Shown one piece after another: positions 52,337 to 64,000 of a stretch of DNA of 64,000 bases; within the stretch, counting starts at the first letter, position 1; every line of letters starts with the position of its first letter. The position numbers were made by a program, and so were the translations under genes. Under the pieces are notes generated by a model. The model was not told the origin of the DNA, did not search any database, and saw nothing but the letters and a program-made list of their open reading frames with translations. Location: positions 12,462,001 through 12,526,000 of the forward strand of contig NC_043005.1 in the NCBI RefSeq assembly GCF_006345805.1. Reading direction: 5' to 3'. Origin of the DNA: Octopus sinensis. Lineage: Eukaryota.

Positions 52337-53920
52337 ATTTCTGTATGCCTAGATGCAGTCACAAGGCTTAAACTTGTCTCCTGCCAATTGTCCTCTTCTC
52401 GTATTTGAGTGCTAAACATGCATCTCTTAGGAAATACCTATTTCTTTACTACCCACAAGGGGCTAAACACAGAGAGGACAAACAAGGACAGACAAACGGA
52501 TTAAGTCGATTACATCGACCCCAGTGCGTAACTGGTACTTAATTTATCGACCCCCGAAAGGATGAAAGGCAAAGTCGACCTCGGCGGAATTTGAACTCAC
52601 AACAAATACCACGAAGAAGATCATCTAGATCTATGTCCTCACAAATTCTAGCAAAGTGGAAGTGTTTTCTGAAGAGCTAAACAAAATGCTAACCCTAACC
52701 CTAACACTAGATATGTCCCCCGATATTCTAATATCAAGAAACTGTCTGATTTGTGACATAGCTATAGGCTATGGCTAGAATTTACTATGCAGATACGTTT
52801 TTCTCTCTAAGTTCTTTCATCATGATCTCCGCTCGTAGCAAGCGAAGATCGCTGCCTGTGTTGAATGACTCTGTCACCGAGACGTCTGCAGTATTTGAAA
52901 TTTGTTGACCAGGGTATAGCCAATTTCATTCTAGAACTAGTCGTTTGAGGCTATCGAGGTTCATCTCCTTCTAGATTGCTTCCTGAGTAGGCCGTCACCA
53001 ATAACAAGTCTTCGTCTCTCTTCGATGGTAGCACATATCATTCTCTTTCGTTTCTCTCCTTTCGTTTCTCTCTCCCTATCCAATCTTGCCAACTTATTTC
53101 TCTCCCACCCACGTTCTTATCCAATCTTTGCGTTGAAATCTCTGATTACTACGATGTAAGTGGATTTGTGAGCTAGGGTTAGGGTTAGGGCTAGCATTTT
53201 CTCTAGCTCTTCAGAAAACACTTCCACTTCGCTAGCATTTGTGGGGATATAGATCTAGATGATCTTCTTCGGGGTATTTCGTAAGAGATGGAGGTTTAGC
53301 ACTCAAATACGAGAAGAAGACAATTGGCAGGAGACAAGTTTAAGCCTTGTGACTGAGTTTAGACATACAGAAACTGTATAGAAGTCTGTCACAGTTTATA
53401 GGTCCAGACTTGTCGCATTTGTATCATGCTAACTCTGCCCGACAGATACGTTCATGGTTCATGTGTCATCCATTTCACACACTATTTCAATTAGTGGATC
53501 GTTCAAATCATCGAACAACTAGGAGCACATATGTGGAAATCAACGTGAGAATCGATTCTGTCATAATACAAAGAATGGGAATGTAATCCATAAGATGCGT
53601 CTTTGATTATAGACCCACTCAATCACGAATGATTTACTGTTTAATCTTAGAGCTAAATAACCAATTTACTCACAACTTATTATAAAGAATGCCCCCCTCT
53701 TGCTACGAGCGGAGATCATGATGGAAGAACTTAGAGAGACAAACGTCTCTGCATAGTAAATTCTAGCCATAGCCTATAGCTATGTCACAAATCAGACAGA
53801 CTTTCTTGATCTTAGAATATCGGGGGGGGGGGATATCTAGTGTTAGGGTTAGGGTTCTAATATCTAGAAAGTCTGTCTGATTTGTGACATAGCTATAGGT
53901 GATGGCTAAAATTTACTAGG
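52337..53920. mobile_element. RTE-clade endonuclease fragment rearranged into inverted duplications with short telomeric-type repeats
   Basis: Minus strand 53374->52810: SSRI.VL..KKII.IY...VEVF.EEL..DFNAKIG..NEIGY.LVN..FNTGSDLRLLRAEI. 52337-52705 inversely matches 53172-53374; 52689-52842 inversely matches 53699-53856. Confidence 0.75.
52439..52603 (-). mobile_element. 5'-truncated SINE family B with 7-bp TSD
   Basis: aaatacc at 52432-52438 and 52604-52610; the empty site is visible in the inverted duplicate near 53275. Confidence 0.92.
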
Positions 53921-54300
53921 ATTATATTAATTATGAATCCTTAATTTATTAAGTATCCACTTCATTTTCCTTGAGAGTTACAAATAGTACAACTAATAGC
54001 TCTTTGCTTCGTTAATTGATAAGCCATAGTTTCGTATCTTGTTACTGCTGATGCACAGACTTATCATTATACTATCTATGTTCCTTTAGATATTGAGTAC
54101 AAATATCGGTGATGTAATATTTCCTTTCATTTTCCCGAAGTAGTTAAAATAATTGACAGTCATGTCATGCTGTCAGTTTTATGTGACTTTAGCCAATTAG
54201 AAATCAATAGTTCAATAAAATATCAATTAAGATAATACAAAGCTTGCTAATCGATCTTCGTTGTCTATAATGAGTCTCAAAAGGAACGATGATTATCTAC

Positions 54301-54420
54301 CTTTGGCTTTTTCAACCTCCACAGACTGGTGCTGTGCATGGGATTGTTACTGAGCTTCAACTTCTTGACGTCAATGTTTGTTGGAAGGCCTATTTCAGCT
54401 GGAATGGAGGAAGTACTAGT
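54301..54420 (-). pseudogene. Possible leucine-rich-repeat coding fragment or exon
   Basis: TSTSSIPAEIGLPTNIDVKKLKLSNNPM..: IPxEIG plus a LxxLxLxxNxL-like pattern. 120 bp bounded by AG and GT; in-frame stop just upstream. Confidence 0.3.
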
Positions 54421-54459
54421 CTCGTTAATTCAGAGAATACCATTCAGTGAATTGCTTAA

Positions 54460-54855
54460 TCTTTATATATAAAAGTGAGGTTGTGTGCTGTCTGTCTCCT
54501 ACGATTTAGATTCCTAACTACTCCCACATTTTGCGGTGCAGTTTAACCAAAACCAGGTATCTTATAGTCGTGATTCATATCGAGCCCTTCTGGGTATTAG
54601 CGCGCGTCTACGATGAGTCTACGATTTAAAAAAAAATTACCATCAATTTTTCCCATTTTTAATGCATTTTTGGCATATATAAGGGAAGTAACTCTCTAAA
54701 AATGTATTATTAAATCTCAGAACGTAAAAAGCTACAGTAACACCCCTCCCTTTGTGGTTAGCCATATTGAGATGGCTATTATACTTTACATCTCTAAAAA
54801 TGCTTATATAGTTATTTCCCTTACAAACCCGAGCAACGCCGGGCGATACTGATGG
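54460..54855 (+). mobile_element. Non-autonomous Helitron
   Basis: Inserted between A and T. 5' TCtttatatataaaagtgag; 3' hairpin cccg-agcaacgc-cggg (54828-54843) about 12 bp before a degenerate CTRR end. Confidence 0.7.
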
Positions 54856-55850
54856 TATGATATATAACTGTGGCAGTTCTGGTGAAACGAAACAGGCGTA
54901 TAAGTCGATTCAGTTTGAGCAAGGGTGTAGTTCATTTACTAACTTCACAGAATTTTTATAGTTGTACAACTTGCGAAAGAAACAATAAAATCTTTTTGCA
55001 TGCCTTTTATAATACATTAAGAATGTTGGTACAGTAGTTAAATATACGTTGGTATCAGAAAAGATTTTAAAAGCTTTTTAGCACACGGTATAAACTGATA
55101 TAAAGTAAAAAATGTTAAGAAAGCCACATCTTTTCCTTCCAGAATGCAGTTAGCTGTTAGTTATGATAATTGCGATTGCTATTTAAGGAAAAGAATTCGA
55201 CAAACACAGAGGTTTATAAATTAAAAATCTTCCCAGGAAAACAAGGAATTAATTCTATACGAGTAGAAAAATGAAGAAAATGGAAATAATCATCACCAAA
55301 ATAAACTGTATGCATTTTTATTTTTTATTCTTTAGTTTTGTTTCTTGTTTTTTTTTTTTACCAAATATTACTATCAAATGTTTGAGTTGCAAAAGACGGA
55401 GAAAATATTTTTTTATTGCTGAGAATTAACATTCGAAAAGTTTACTCGCCAAATTGTAGCAATGAAAGCTAATGGTAAAAGACACCTTAAAAGCTTTCCT
55501 AGCTGAGAGTGAGGCAGACAGGGATGTCATAATATTAGTGAGAATTTCGAGAGTTATTAACTGGATATAACTGGAGTAAGAAAGAAAAATTCTAACACGT
55601 AAGGATGGAGCAGGCGTTTGAACAGAAGAGAAAAGCAGCAATAAAATTGTTTCGTGCGTAAATCTAAATAGATGTTCAGTGACATCATAATGCTTCGTGT
55701 GTACATATGTGTGTATAGATACATACACATACTCACACAGACACATACATATGAATATCTGTAATTTTTTTACGTATATACATACATACATACATACATA
55801 CATGTATAATATATATATATGCATGCATGTATGTATATAAATATATTTAC

Positions 55851-55924
<74 letters not shown>

Positions 55925-55955
55925 CGTATACATACAACATATATATATATGATAG

Positions 55956-56015
<60 letters not shown>

Positions 56016-56178
56016 AAATATATATAAGTATGTATATTGTAATGAAATGCATACATATGTGTTCGTACGCATATGCATGTATATATATATAAATATATAT
56101 GCATGTTTATTGTAATGAAATGCATACATATGTGTTTGTATGTATATATATGTATATATGTATATATACATAAGTGTG

Positions 56179-56209
<31 letters not shown>

Positions 56210-56234
56210 ATGTATACACATTATATATATATAT

Positions 56235-56960
56235 ATATGTACATTCTGGAGAGATTTCACCAAAATTGCTTCAGGTGTAGCTTGGGAGTGAAGTGGAGTT
56301 GTTTCGTACCAGATACAGAGGTTTTGAGAATGGCGCGTTGTAACTCAACTGAACACGTCACCTTCGCTCAAACGAGATGGGCTGAACATGTTATGAGAAT
56401 GAAAGATGAGCGATTGCCAAAGCATCTTTTGTGTGGTGAACTGGACTCTGATAAGTGACCACAACATACGTCAAGGAAAATGTATAATAACTGTGTGAAA
56501 AAAATCCTGAAGAATCCAGATATGAACAAAGTGATTAGTAAACTGATGCTTTGGTTAGAACAAGTGGAGAGGTGCTGTTAGCACTGGTTGCAACGGCTGG
56601 GAGGAAAGATGATTCTGCGTTTTGTGCTTAAAAGGGCCTGTCAGAAAGGATCAATTGGGATTGAAATCAGCGGTGAATAATAGATATGTATTGTATGCGA
56701 TCGTGTTCTGTTGTCAAAATGTAGCATACGTGAATCATATGAAGTCACGTGAAAATCGAAATGTCCAGACAAGTAATGATCTTGAACCTGAACCGCCTCT
56801 TACGACTTGTAACATAGATCATAAAACTGGTATTACAATATCTGGATTTAACATACATATGCTAGTTCATAAAAACATTCCCTCAGAATCAGATTCCATC
56901 GGGCAAAGATGTAGCAGGAATTTGAGTAATATCTATCACTTTTGTCTTAAAACTTATCAG
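56235..56960 (+). mobile_element. Decayed 3' end of an RTE-clade LINE with C-terminal C2H2-like motifs
   Basis: [46 protein letters not shown]; later CIVCDRVLLSK..YVNHMKS and SGFNIHMLVHK. Confidence 0.8.
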
Positions 56961-57716
56961 TGAGCAGCCGTTCGTAAATGTCATCTGAGGCCCTATCAAC
57001 GGCGGGATTATGTTGCGTGATGGGCTATGATGTGCGTGTTGATCGTACGGCTATCATCTGTCAAGCTGAAGCAATCATCATACGTGCGTGTGTGTGCGTG
57101 TGTGTGTGCGTGCGTATATGTATGTGTTTGTGTTTGGTATTATTCTCCAGGTCTGATAAAGTCGTTCACCCAGGTTCCATGGCGAATGAGTGACCGAGAT
57201 CATACTCCCATCCAGAAAGGTACGCCAATTTTTGTGAAAAGTTATTAAGTCGACTACATCGACCCAGCGTGAATTATAGCGCAGCTTATCAAGCCCCCCG
57301 GGGGTGGGAGAGTAATAAATCGGTAGAAGTTTAATTTAGAACGCATAGAGCCGGGGAAGATGCTACTGAGCATTTTGCCCGAAGCACTAACGACTCTGCC
57401 AGCTCACCTCATAAATATGTACGTGTGTAAGTGTGAGATATGTGTGTGTATGTGTGTATTGGTGTATGTGTATGTATGAGAATATTAATGAGAAATACTC
57501 GGAAGCCTGTGCTATCGTAGTACTACAACACTACAAAATCCTTCATGTGTTCAGTAAATTAGAAGCGATGCACCATGAAGCTGAGACTAAATCGGTTTAC
57601 ATGTATGTATAAATGCATGTATATATGTATGATTATAAGCATGTATATTCGAATACATGTTATTGCATGCGTATATATGTGAAATTATGTTGTTTTTTTT
57701 TTTTGATTTCGGCAAT

Positions 57717-57772
<56 letters not shown>

Positions 57773-58140
57773 ATTTGGCTCAAAAGCAAATAGCAAGGCC
57801 ATGTAGGGGGACATGGAGTTAAGTACAGGGTGGTGTTCATGTAAAGAGTTCAGGCCACTTGAGGTCCAGGGAGGCTTTGAACAAAGCGGTCGTCGGCATC
57901 TTCACCATCTCGTCTGGCAGCTTGTTCCACGGATCCGCAACCCGGACGGAAAAAGCTCCTCTCCTTCGATTGAGATGAAATCGTCGCAGGTAGAGCTTTT
58001 CGGAATGACCCCGCAGCCGACGCTCCGGAGCAGGAGTGAAGAACAGCTCTTTCGAGAGGTTACACTTCCCGCTTATGATGTTGTGGGCGAGAATGAACCA
58101 AACCTCACCCTCTTTCAGCCTCTGATTTTCAATGAAGCTT
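57773..58140 (-). mobile_element. 5'-truncated CR1-type LINE 3' end with (TAAC)n tail (57717-57772)
   Basis: RRLRGHSEKL..RRGAFSVRVADPWNKLPDEMV...FKASLDLKW; 3' UTR followed by (TAAC)n. Confidence 0.9.
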
Positions 58141-58995
58141 GTAGTGTTATTTTTTTTCCTGGACAATCTGACATACAATCTGACTGGGATCAACAGCTTG
58201 TGGTTATACGTTTTTACAGAGGCTACACAACATGGTTTAACCGGTTATAGACGTTTGGTGTGGTACCCAATAAAGCAAGGTTTCTAGATATCATTAAATT
58301 TGTCAAGAGTGTCCATCATACAACAATCATTTCATTTGCGTTTTTTTCCGTCCCCATCTGATTTCATCATATAGACCAACGATCAAAGTGTTTCGCACCA
58401 AATCTATCCAAAGAAAATACTCCGAACTTCATTGAAGATCAGAGCCTGAAGTTTGGTTCATATTGTCTAAATCAAATAAAAAAGCAACCAAATCTAATTT
58501 CACATATATACTCATACAATAACATACAGGTAATCCTTTGTATTCAAATATAGATGCATATAATCATACTTATATAGTTGCGTTTATACTTAAATGGAAA
58601 TCGATTTTGCCTCTTTCAGCTTTCTTGGTGCACCGTTTTTAATTAAACCTTTTTATCAAGAAATGCCACTTCTCTCTTTCTAAATACATACTACATACCT
58701 GAATTATTATTTGTATTATTATCTGATCGCTATGACTTATTTCCTTTATCATTCATCTTCATATTAGATACTTATGCGCAGGTTTAAAATCTTTTAACTG
58801 ACTCATTGATACTACAAAAAATAATTTCTTGCTAACTTAGTAAAGCGGAGAAATACTTTAGCAGAATGATCTCTATTGTAAGTATTCGAAATATGGTTCT
58901 CTTAGATATACCTTGAATGAGCGGCATTCGCATTCACACCACTGGTCAGTAAAAGTTGGTAATAATAGCTAGCACTGCTATTACTGAGTAGATGA

Positions 58996-59229
58996 AAGGC
59001 AGCGAGCTGGCAGAAACGTTAGCACGCCGGGCGAAATGCGTAGTCGTATTTCGTCTGCCGTTACATTCTGAGTTCAAATTCCGCCGTGGTTGACTTTGCC
59101 TTTCATCCTTTCGGGGTCGATAAATTAAGTACCAGTTACGCACTGGGGTCGATGTAATCGACTTAATCCGTTTGCCTGTCCTTGTTTGTCTCCCTCTGTG
59201 TTTAGCCCCTTGTGGGTAGTGAAGAAATA
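58996..59229 (+). mobile_element. SINE family B with ~16-bp TSD
   Basis: attactgag(t/c)agatga at 58980-58995 and 59231-59246. Confidence 0.92.
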
Positions 59230-60364
59230 TATTACTGAGCAGATGAGGGAAGACTGACTTTGAACACATGAAATATAATTTGAAATGTTCTACCAAATTA
59301 GTATTGTATAAAAATATGTACTACTAGTCTACTATAATTACTAATATTTAATGCAATTTCGACTCGAAACTTCTTAACAACACGCGTTATCTAGACTGAA
59401 GTGATCCGATATTTGTCGCAAAATATCAAACTTCATACATTTTATGATATTTACATACTTCGATATTTTCCCGTTATAAGCGGTTTTATAGTTATTTATC
59501 GAAGATGCAACGGGAATAGAAAATTCAAATTATGTCCAATTTCCTATTTATCATTAATGAGATTTGACATGACATGATGTGAAGGAAATTTATGTATAAA
59601 AATATATTTAAACGCATACTGATACACACAAGTGTATGTATAAATTCCTATTCATAAAAATATATATATATATATACATTATGTGTGTGTGTGCCTTGAC
59701 GTGTGTGTGTGTGTGTTAATGTTACATACTGCAAAAATTAGTTTTTACAAGTCGTTTATATCTGACCGATATACTATGGTTGATTTATTGGTATGCACAC
59801 AATTTCATACACGCCAATGAACAAGGAATGTCACTTAGTACATGCACCGCATCGACTCACATTTATATACATACACACACAGATTCATATATATGTGTGT
59901 GTATGTGTGCGTATGTGTATTAACATGTATGTGTGAGTGTTTTTGTGGTTCTGTTGCTATAAATTGTATTCGACTGAAGTATATTCTATCTAAGTGTATT
60001 TATCAGTCGTAAATATTAGTTTAATGACATTTTAGCATTAATATTGCAATTTCATTTAGTGTAGTGAGTTTCTGGTCGTAACCATTTTCCCGTTTTGGTA
60101 GTAATCACTTATTTTTATGCAGTTGTTGATTTGCCATATTATGTATTGTCTCATTTTGTGGGAAAGAATGTGTTCTGTCACAAATATATATTCGTAGGGT
60201 TTCTTTTCGATCCGTCTGCTAATTCTCAAGCCACATTTAAATATTATTTTTGTCGCTGCTGTTACGGTCGGATTTCGATATCGAAACTACAATGATTTCT
60301 AATGAAGCAGCTAATGATCGAATATCTGTTTATTTAGACAATTTTTTTGTTTTTCTGTTTCTAT

Positions 60365-60760
60365 AACTGCTTTCGTTGTGCACCTGGTATCCGCCTCCCT
60401 AAGGAGGGTGACGTACTGGGTCCTCACACCTTGTTTCCTGAGAGCTTACAGTATTACGCTGATTTCGACGCTGTCGAAGGCTTCCTCATAATCAATGAAC
60501 GCAACGCACGGTTGTGGAAACGCTCGTTTTAGCAACTGCGTTAGAGTAAATATATTATCTTTAGTGCTGTACTTCTTTCTGAACCCTGCCTGTTCTCCTG
60601 GCTGCCGCTCATCCAGATGTTGATTATCACCATTTCGAACTGCAGTGCAATAAATACGAAGATTCTAAACAACTTTAGACAGGCCTCTTTTAGATTATAC
60701 GAATGTATTTTGTTTTCTGAACAGTTGGCGTAGAAAGGACACCATATAAGCCGATACATT
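60365..60760 (-). mobile_element. RTE-clade RT fragment
   Basis: LDERQPGEQAGFRKKYSTKDNIFTLTQL..AFIDYEEAFDSVE..ALRKQGV. Confidence 0.85.
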
Positions 60761-61904
60761 TAAAATGTAAGATCTCTTGAAGATACTTCAATTCAAGTTA
60801 TACAGATTGAGATAAGGTAACGCATAAATAGATCATTATAGAACAAACACCTGTTACACTGATTCTAAATTATGTATACACCAACTCAAATCTCAATAAT
60901 GCAGTTCACATGGCTGGCTTTAATCTGCCCTCCAGGAACCCCTGAAGCGAGTAGCTCTAAGCCGATTACCGAATACGCGTTAAAAAACATGAAGGCATCT
61001 TTAAACCACTCTTTACTCTCATACTGAGACTGTTGGAGGAGAAACATATTCGGTAAGAAGTGAAGAAAACATCATATACCTGTCGTATCCATTCTAATAT
61101 TTATATAGCCTCTCAATGATTAAAGGTGTGCACGAAAAGTGAGATATACAGGCAGGGCCGGCTTTAGGAGGCGCGGGGCCCAGTTGGGAACAATTTCAGT
61201 GGGATCCAGATTTCCATTCAACTTGCACCAAGGTCTATAGAATCATAAAAATATAAAAATGTATATTATGCCAAACCAGACGGGTGCCAGACGTAGCCCC
61301 TGGTTTGCTGGCTAACCCATGCCAGCACGGAAAACAGCCGTTTAATGATTATGACGATCATGATGATATGCATATATATTCACACACATATTATGTTTAT
61401 AGTTATATGTCTGTGTATACATATGTGTGTGTGTGTGTGTGTGTGTGTGGTAACTGTCAGAAACATGGATAATTTGTTAATGAAATTTTCTACATATACA
61501 TCTCAGATGGTGTGGATTACAATTATATCAGAATTTGTTGTGTAAAGCATTTTTCTCTGTTTTAAATAAACTCAAAAGTAACCGGTCCTCAATGAGATTG
61601 TTTAGTATGCTAAAAATAGCAGTCATTAGGCATAAAAAAGCCACTCTTCTTATCTCCTAATACGCCACAATGGGAAGAAAGTCCTTTGCAGTATATTATG
61701 GGCCGAGATTACTTGATAGTACAAGAAAAAAATCAAACGAAGAAAACAAACAACTCCAAAGATGGGGTGTGGAATTCCGAGGGCCCACTCCGACTCCTAT
61801 TTCAGTGGAAATAGGACATTTGCGGTATATTAGGAGATGAGATTAGTTGATAGCACAAGAAAAAAGAAACACGAGGAGAAAAAATTATTTCTTATCGAAA
61901 TATA

Positions 61905-62010
61905 ATGAGTGCCTAATAATCGACGTGACAGCGCCAGGAGACCAACAGATTATCATGAAAGAAAGAGAAAAGATTGGTGAATACGAAGACCTGAGAAGAC
62001 TTGAGATAGA
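61905..62010 (+). mobile_element. R4-type RLE-domain fragment
   Basis: CLIIDVTAPGDQQIIMKEREKIGEYEDL. Confidence 0.6.
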
Positions 62011-62042
62011 CGGACGGACAGACAGACAGATAGGTAGCTAGC

Positions 62043-62118
<76 letters not shown>

Positions 62119-62131
62119 AGATAGATAGATT

Positions 62132-62169
<38 letters not shown>

Positions 62170-62207
62170 TAGATAGAAGACAGATAGATAGATAGATAGA
62201 TAGATAT

Positions 62208-64000
62208 GTTTCTTTATTAGCCACACAGGGCTGCACACAGATAGAACAAATTACAAGGTAGAGCTTTTCTGTTGAAGGTATTAAAAAAAAAAAAAAAAAA
62301 GGAAGGGGGAGGTTCGATCAAAAGGGATCGTAAAAGGAGAGAAAGAGGACAAAAATAAGGGGGGGTGTTAAAAAAATAAAAAAAAAAAAAAAAAAAAGGG
62401 GGGGGAGAGGAAAAAAAATGATCAATAGGGATCGTTATCACAGAAATGTCAATATGAAGTGTAAAGGGGAGGACAGGTGAGGTTACCCGTGGAAAGAAAA
62501 AGCCTGCGGAAAGACCACGGTAACTCGGTCAATGAAGTCACATTTTATATTTCTTTTTTTTTTTCGCGGTGCCATTCGCCCTTCCTCGGCCTCTTTTTGA
62601 TCCACGACTGTAGTTCGGTCATGGAGACGAGCTGCGGAAAGCGTGCCTCACAAACGGCCACACCTGTTCACCGTCGTCTCTACATAGAGCCAGAGATGTC
62701 GCAGTCTCAGCGCGTGTCTGCGCATCATCAACCACGGCATGCCCAGCCCTCCTTTTAACGGGTGTTGACAGCAAATGGATCGCCTGACCATCGGGACGCA
62801 TCCTTTCCACAAGAAGCGAAAGAGGATGCGTTGTAGTTTGGTGATGGTAGGGTCGGGACAAGGTACGACGGTCAGGCGGTAGTAGTAGATGACGGACGCG
62901 ATGTATGTGTTCGCCACCTCCGTTCGACCTTTTAGGGACAGTTTCCTCTCGGCCCATTGCCGGGCGAGAGTGACCACCCTACTCGTTATCTCGTTCCAGT
63001 TCTTCTCCACTTGGAGGTCCGGACCAGACCCCGAGCAACTCAACCGGGCCGTCGGTCCAGCGTCCCACGACGGAGGCGCTGGTGGACGGCATGGGCTTGC
63101 TTCTCCAGGTGCCTAGTCGCAAGCCCACTGACTTTTCCCGGTTGATTTTCGCTCCTGTCACCGCTTCGTAGTTTTTCAGTGTCTCGCCGACCAGCTCGAT
63201 GTGCTCGTGGCTAGACACTATGACGGTGACGTCGTCCGCGTATGCAGACACGCTCGTCCCGCATCCCAATTCTCGCGGGATGCCCCTTAGAGTCGCCAGC
63301 TTCCGCAGTAGTGGCTCAAGAGTCAATACGTATAGAAGCGCCGAGAGGGGGCATCCCTGACGGACCGAACGTGCAATGTCGAAAGGTCTCGATAGATGTC
63401 CATTTACGCGAATTACCGAACGGATGCCTCTGTACAAGGCAGCTATCCAGCCGCGGAAGACGGGACCGAAACCAGCCGCTCTCAGGACTGCCTCCAAGTA
63501 TCGATGGTCTACCCTATCAAAGGCTTTTGATTGATCCAAGTTGATCAGGGCCCCCACCATGCCAGGTTCGTTAACTACCCTGTCTATGATGTAGCGCATC
63601 AGATGGGGTTGTCATGGATGGTCCGGCCTGGCACGGCGCATGTTTGCGCCTTGTCGACCAGTTTCTCGATGACAAGCGCCAACCTCTTGGCTAGCACCTT
63701 GGCCAAAATTTTCAAGTCTGCATTAAGCAGAGTGATGGGCCTAAAGTTATCTATTACATTTCCCTTGTTTAGATCTTTCTTCAGCAGTGTTACGGCTCCT
63801 CGGCTCACAAAACCAGGAATGCTCCCGTTTTGCTGCCAGTTGCAGTACACCGCCGCCAAGAGATCTCCAAACAAGTCTGGCATACAATTGTAAAGCTCGT
63901 AGGGTAGACCATCCAAACCCGGTGATTTGTCCCTCGAGCATTCTGCCATCGCTTCCCGCACTTCCGCGCCGTGATGGCACCTTCGCAGCACCCTGCCTTC
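62208..64000 (-). mobile_element. Second copy of the Tx1/L1 LINE, with an internal deletion and several small frameshifts; continues past the window edge
   Basis: Near-identical to 42577-45125 except that ~42935-43682 is missing (junction at ~62565). Confidence 0.95.

Noticed and set aside
52689-53856. True telomere or chromosome-fusion site
   Set aside because: Only 2-3 TTAGGG units per tract; reported instead as short junction-associated repeats.
61145-61200. CAGGGCCGGCTTTAGG, a hAT-like terminal repeat
   Set aside because: No matching opposite end or 8-bp TSD found.

Overview
AT-rich eukaryotic DNA that is almost entirely repeats. The SINE families, microsatellite load and LINE types suggest a coleoid cephalopod, probably Octopus; this is inference, with no database search. 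I found no convincing host gene and no CRISPR, rRNA or true tRNA gene. Most listed ORFs are translations of microsatellites. Mobile elements present: a decayed Ty3/Gypsy pol; R4/Dong-type RLE LINEs embedded in (AAT)n; several RTE and CR1/L2 fragments; a near-complete Tx1/L1-clade LINE (42577-47495) plus a second deleted copy; a DD41D Tc1/mariner and a DD34D-type mariner; Helitron/Helentron-type non-autonomous elements; and at least four tRNA-derived SINE families. Most notable findings: (1) three distinct families of type I hammerhead-ribozyme motifs in Penelope/retrozyme-like repeats, namely a canonical pair 535 nt apart, a minimal tandem pair 177 nt apart, and a variant with a swapped G3:C8 core pair inside a TSD-flanked 125-bp inverted repeat; (2) both Tx1 copies abut the same (GATA)n junction; (3) two SINE families share 3' tails with LINEs in the same window (Tx1 and CR1/L2); (4) an RTE endonuclease fragment is rearranged into inverted duplications with short TTAGGG tracts at the junctions. 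All alignments and folds were done by eye, and element boundaries are approximate unless a TSD is given.
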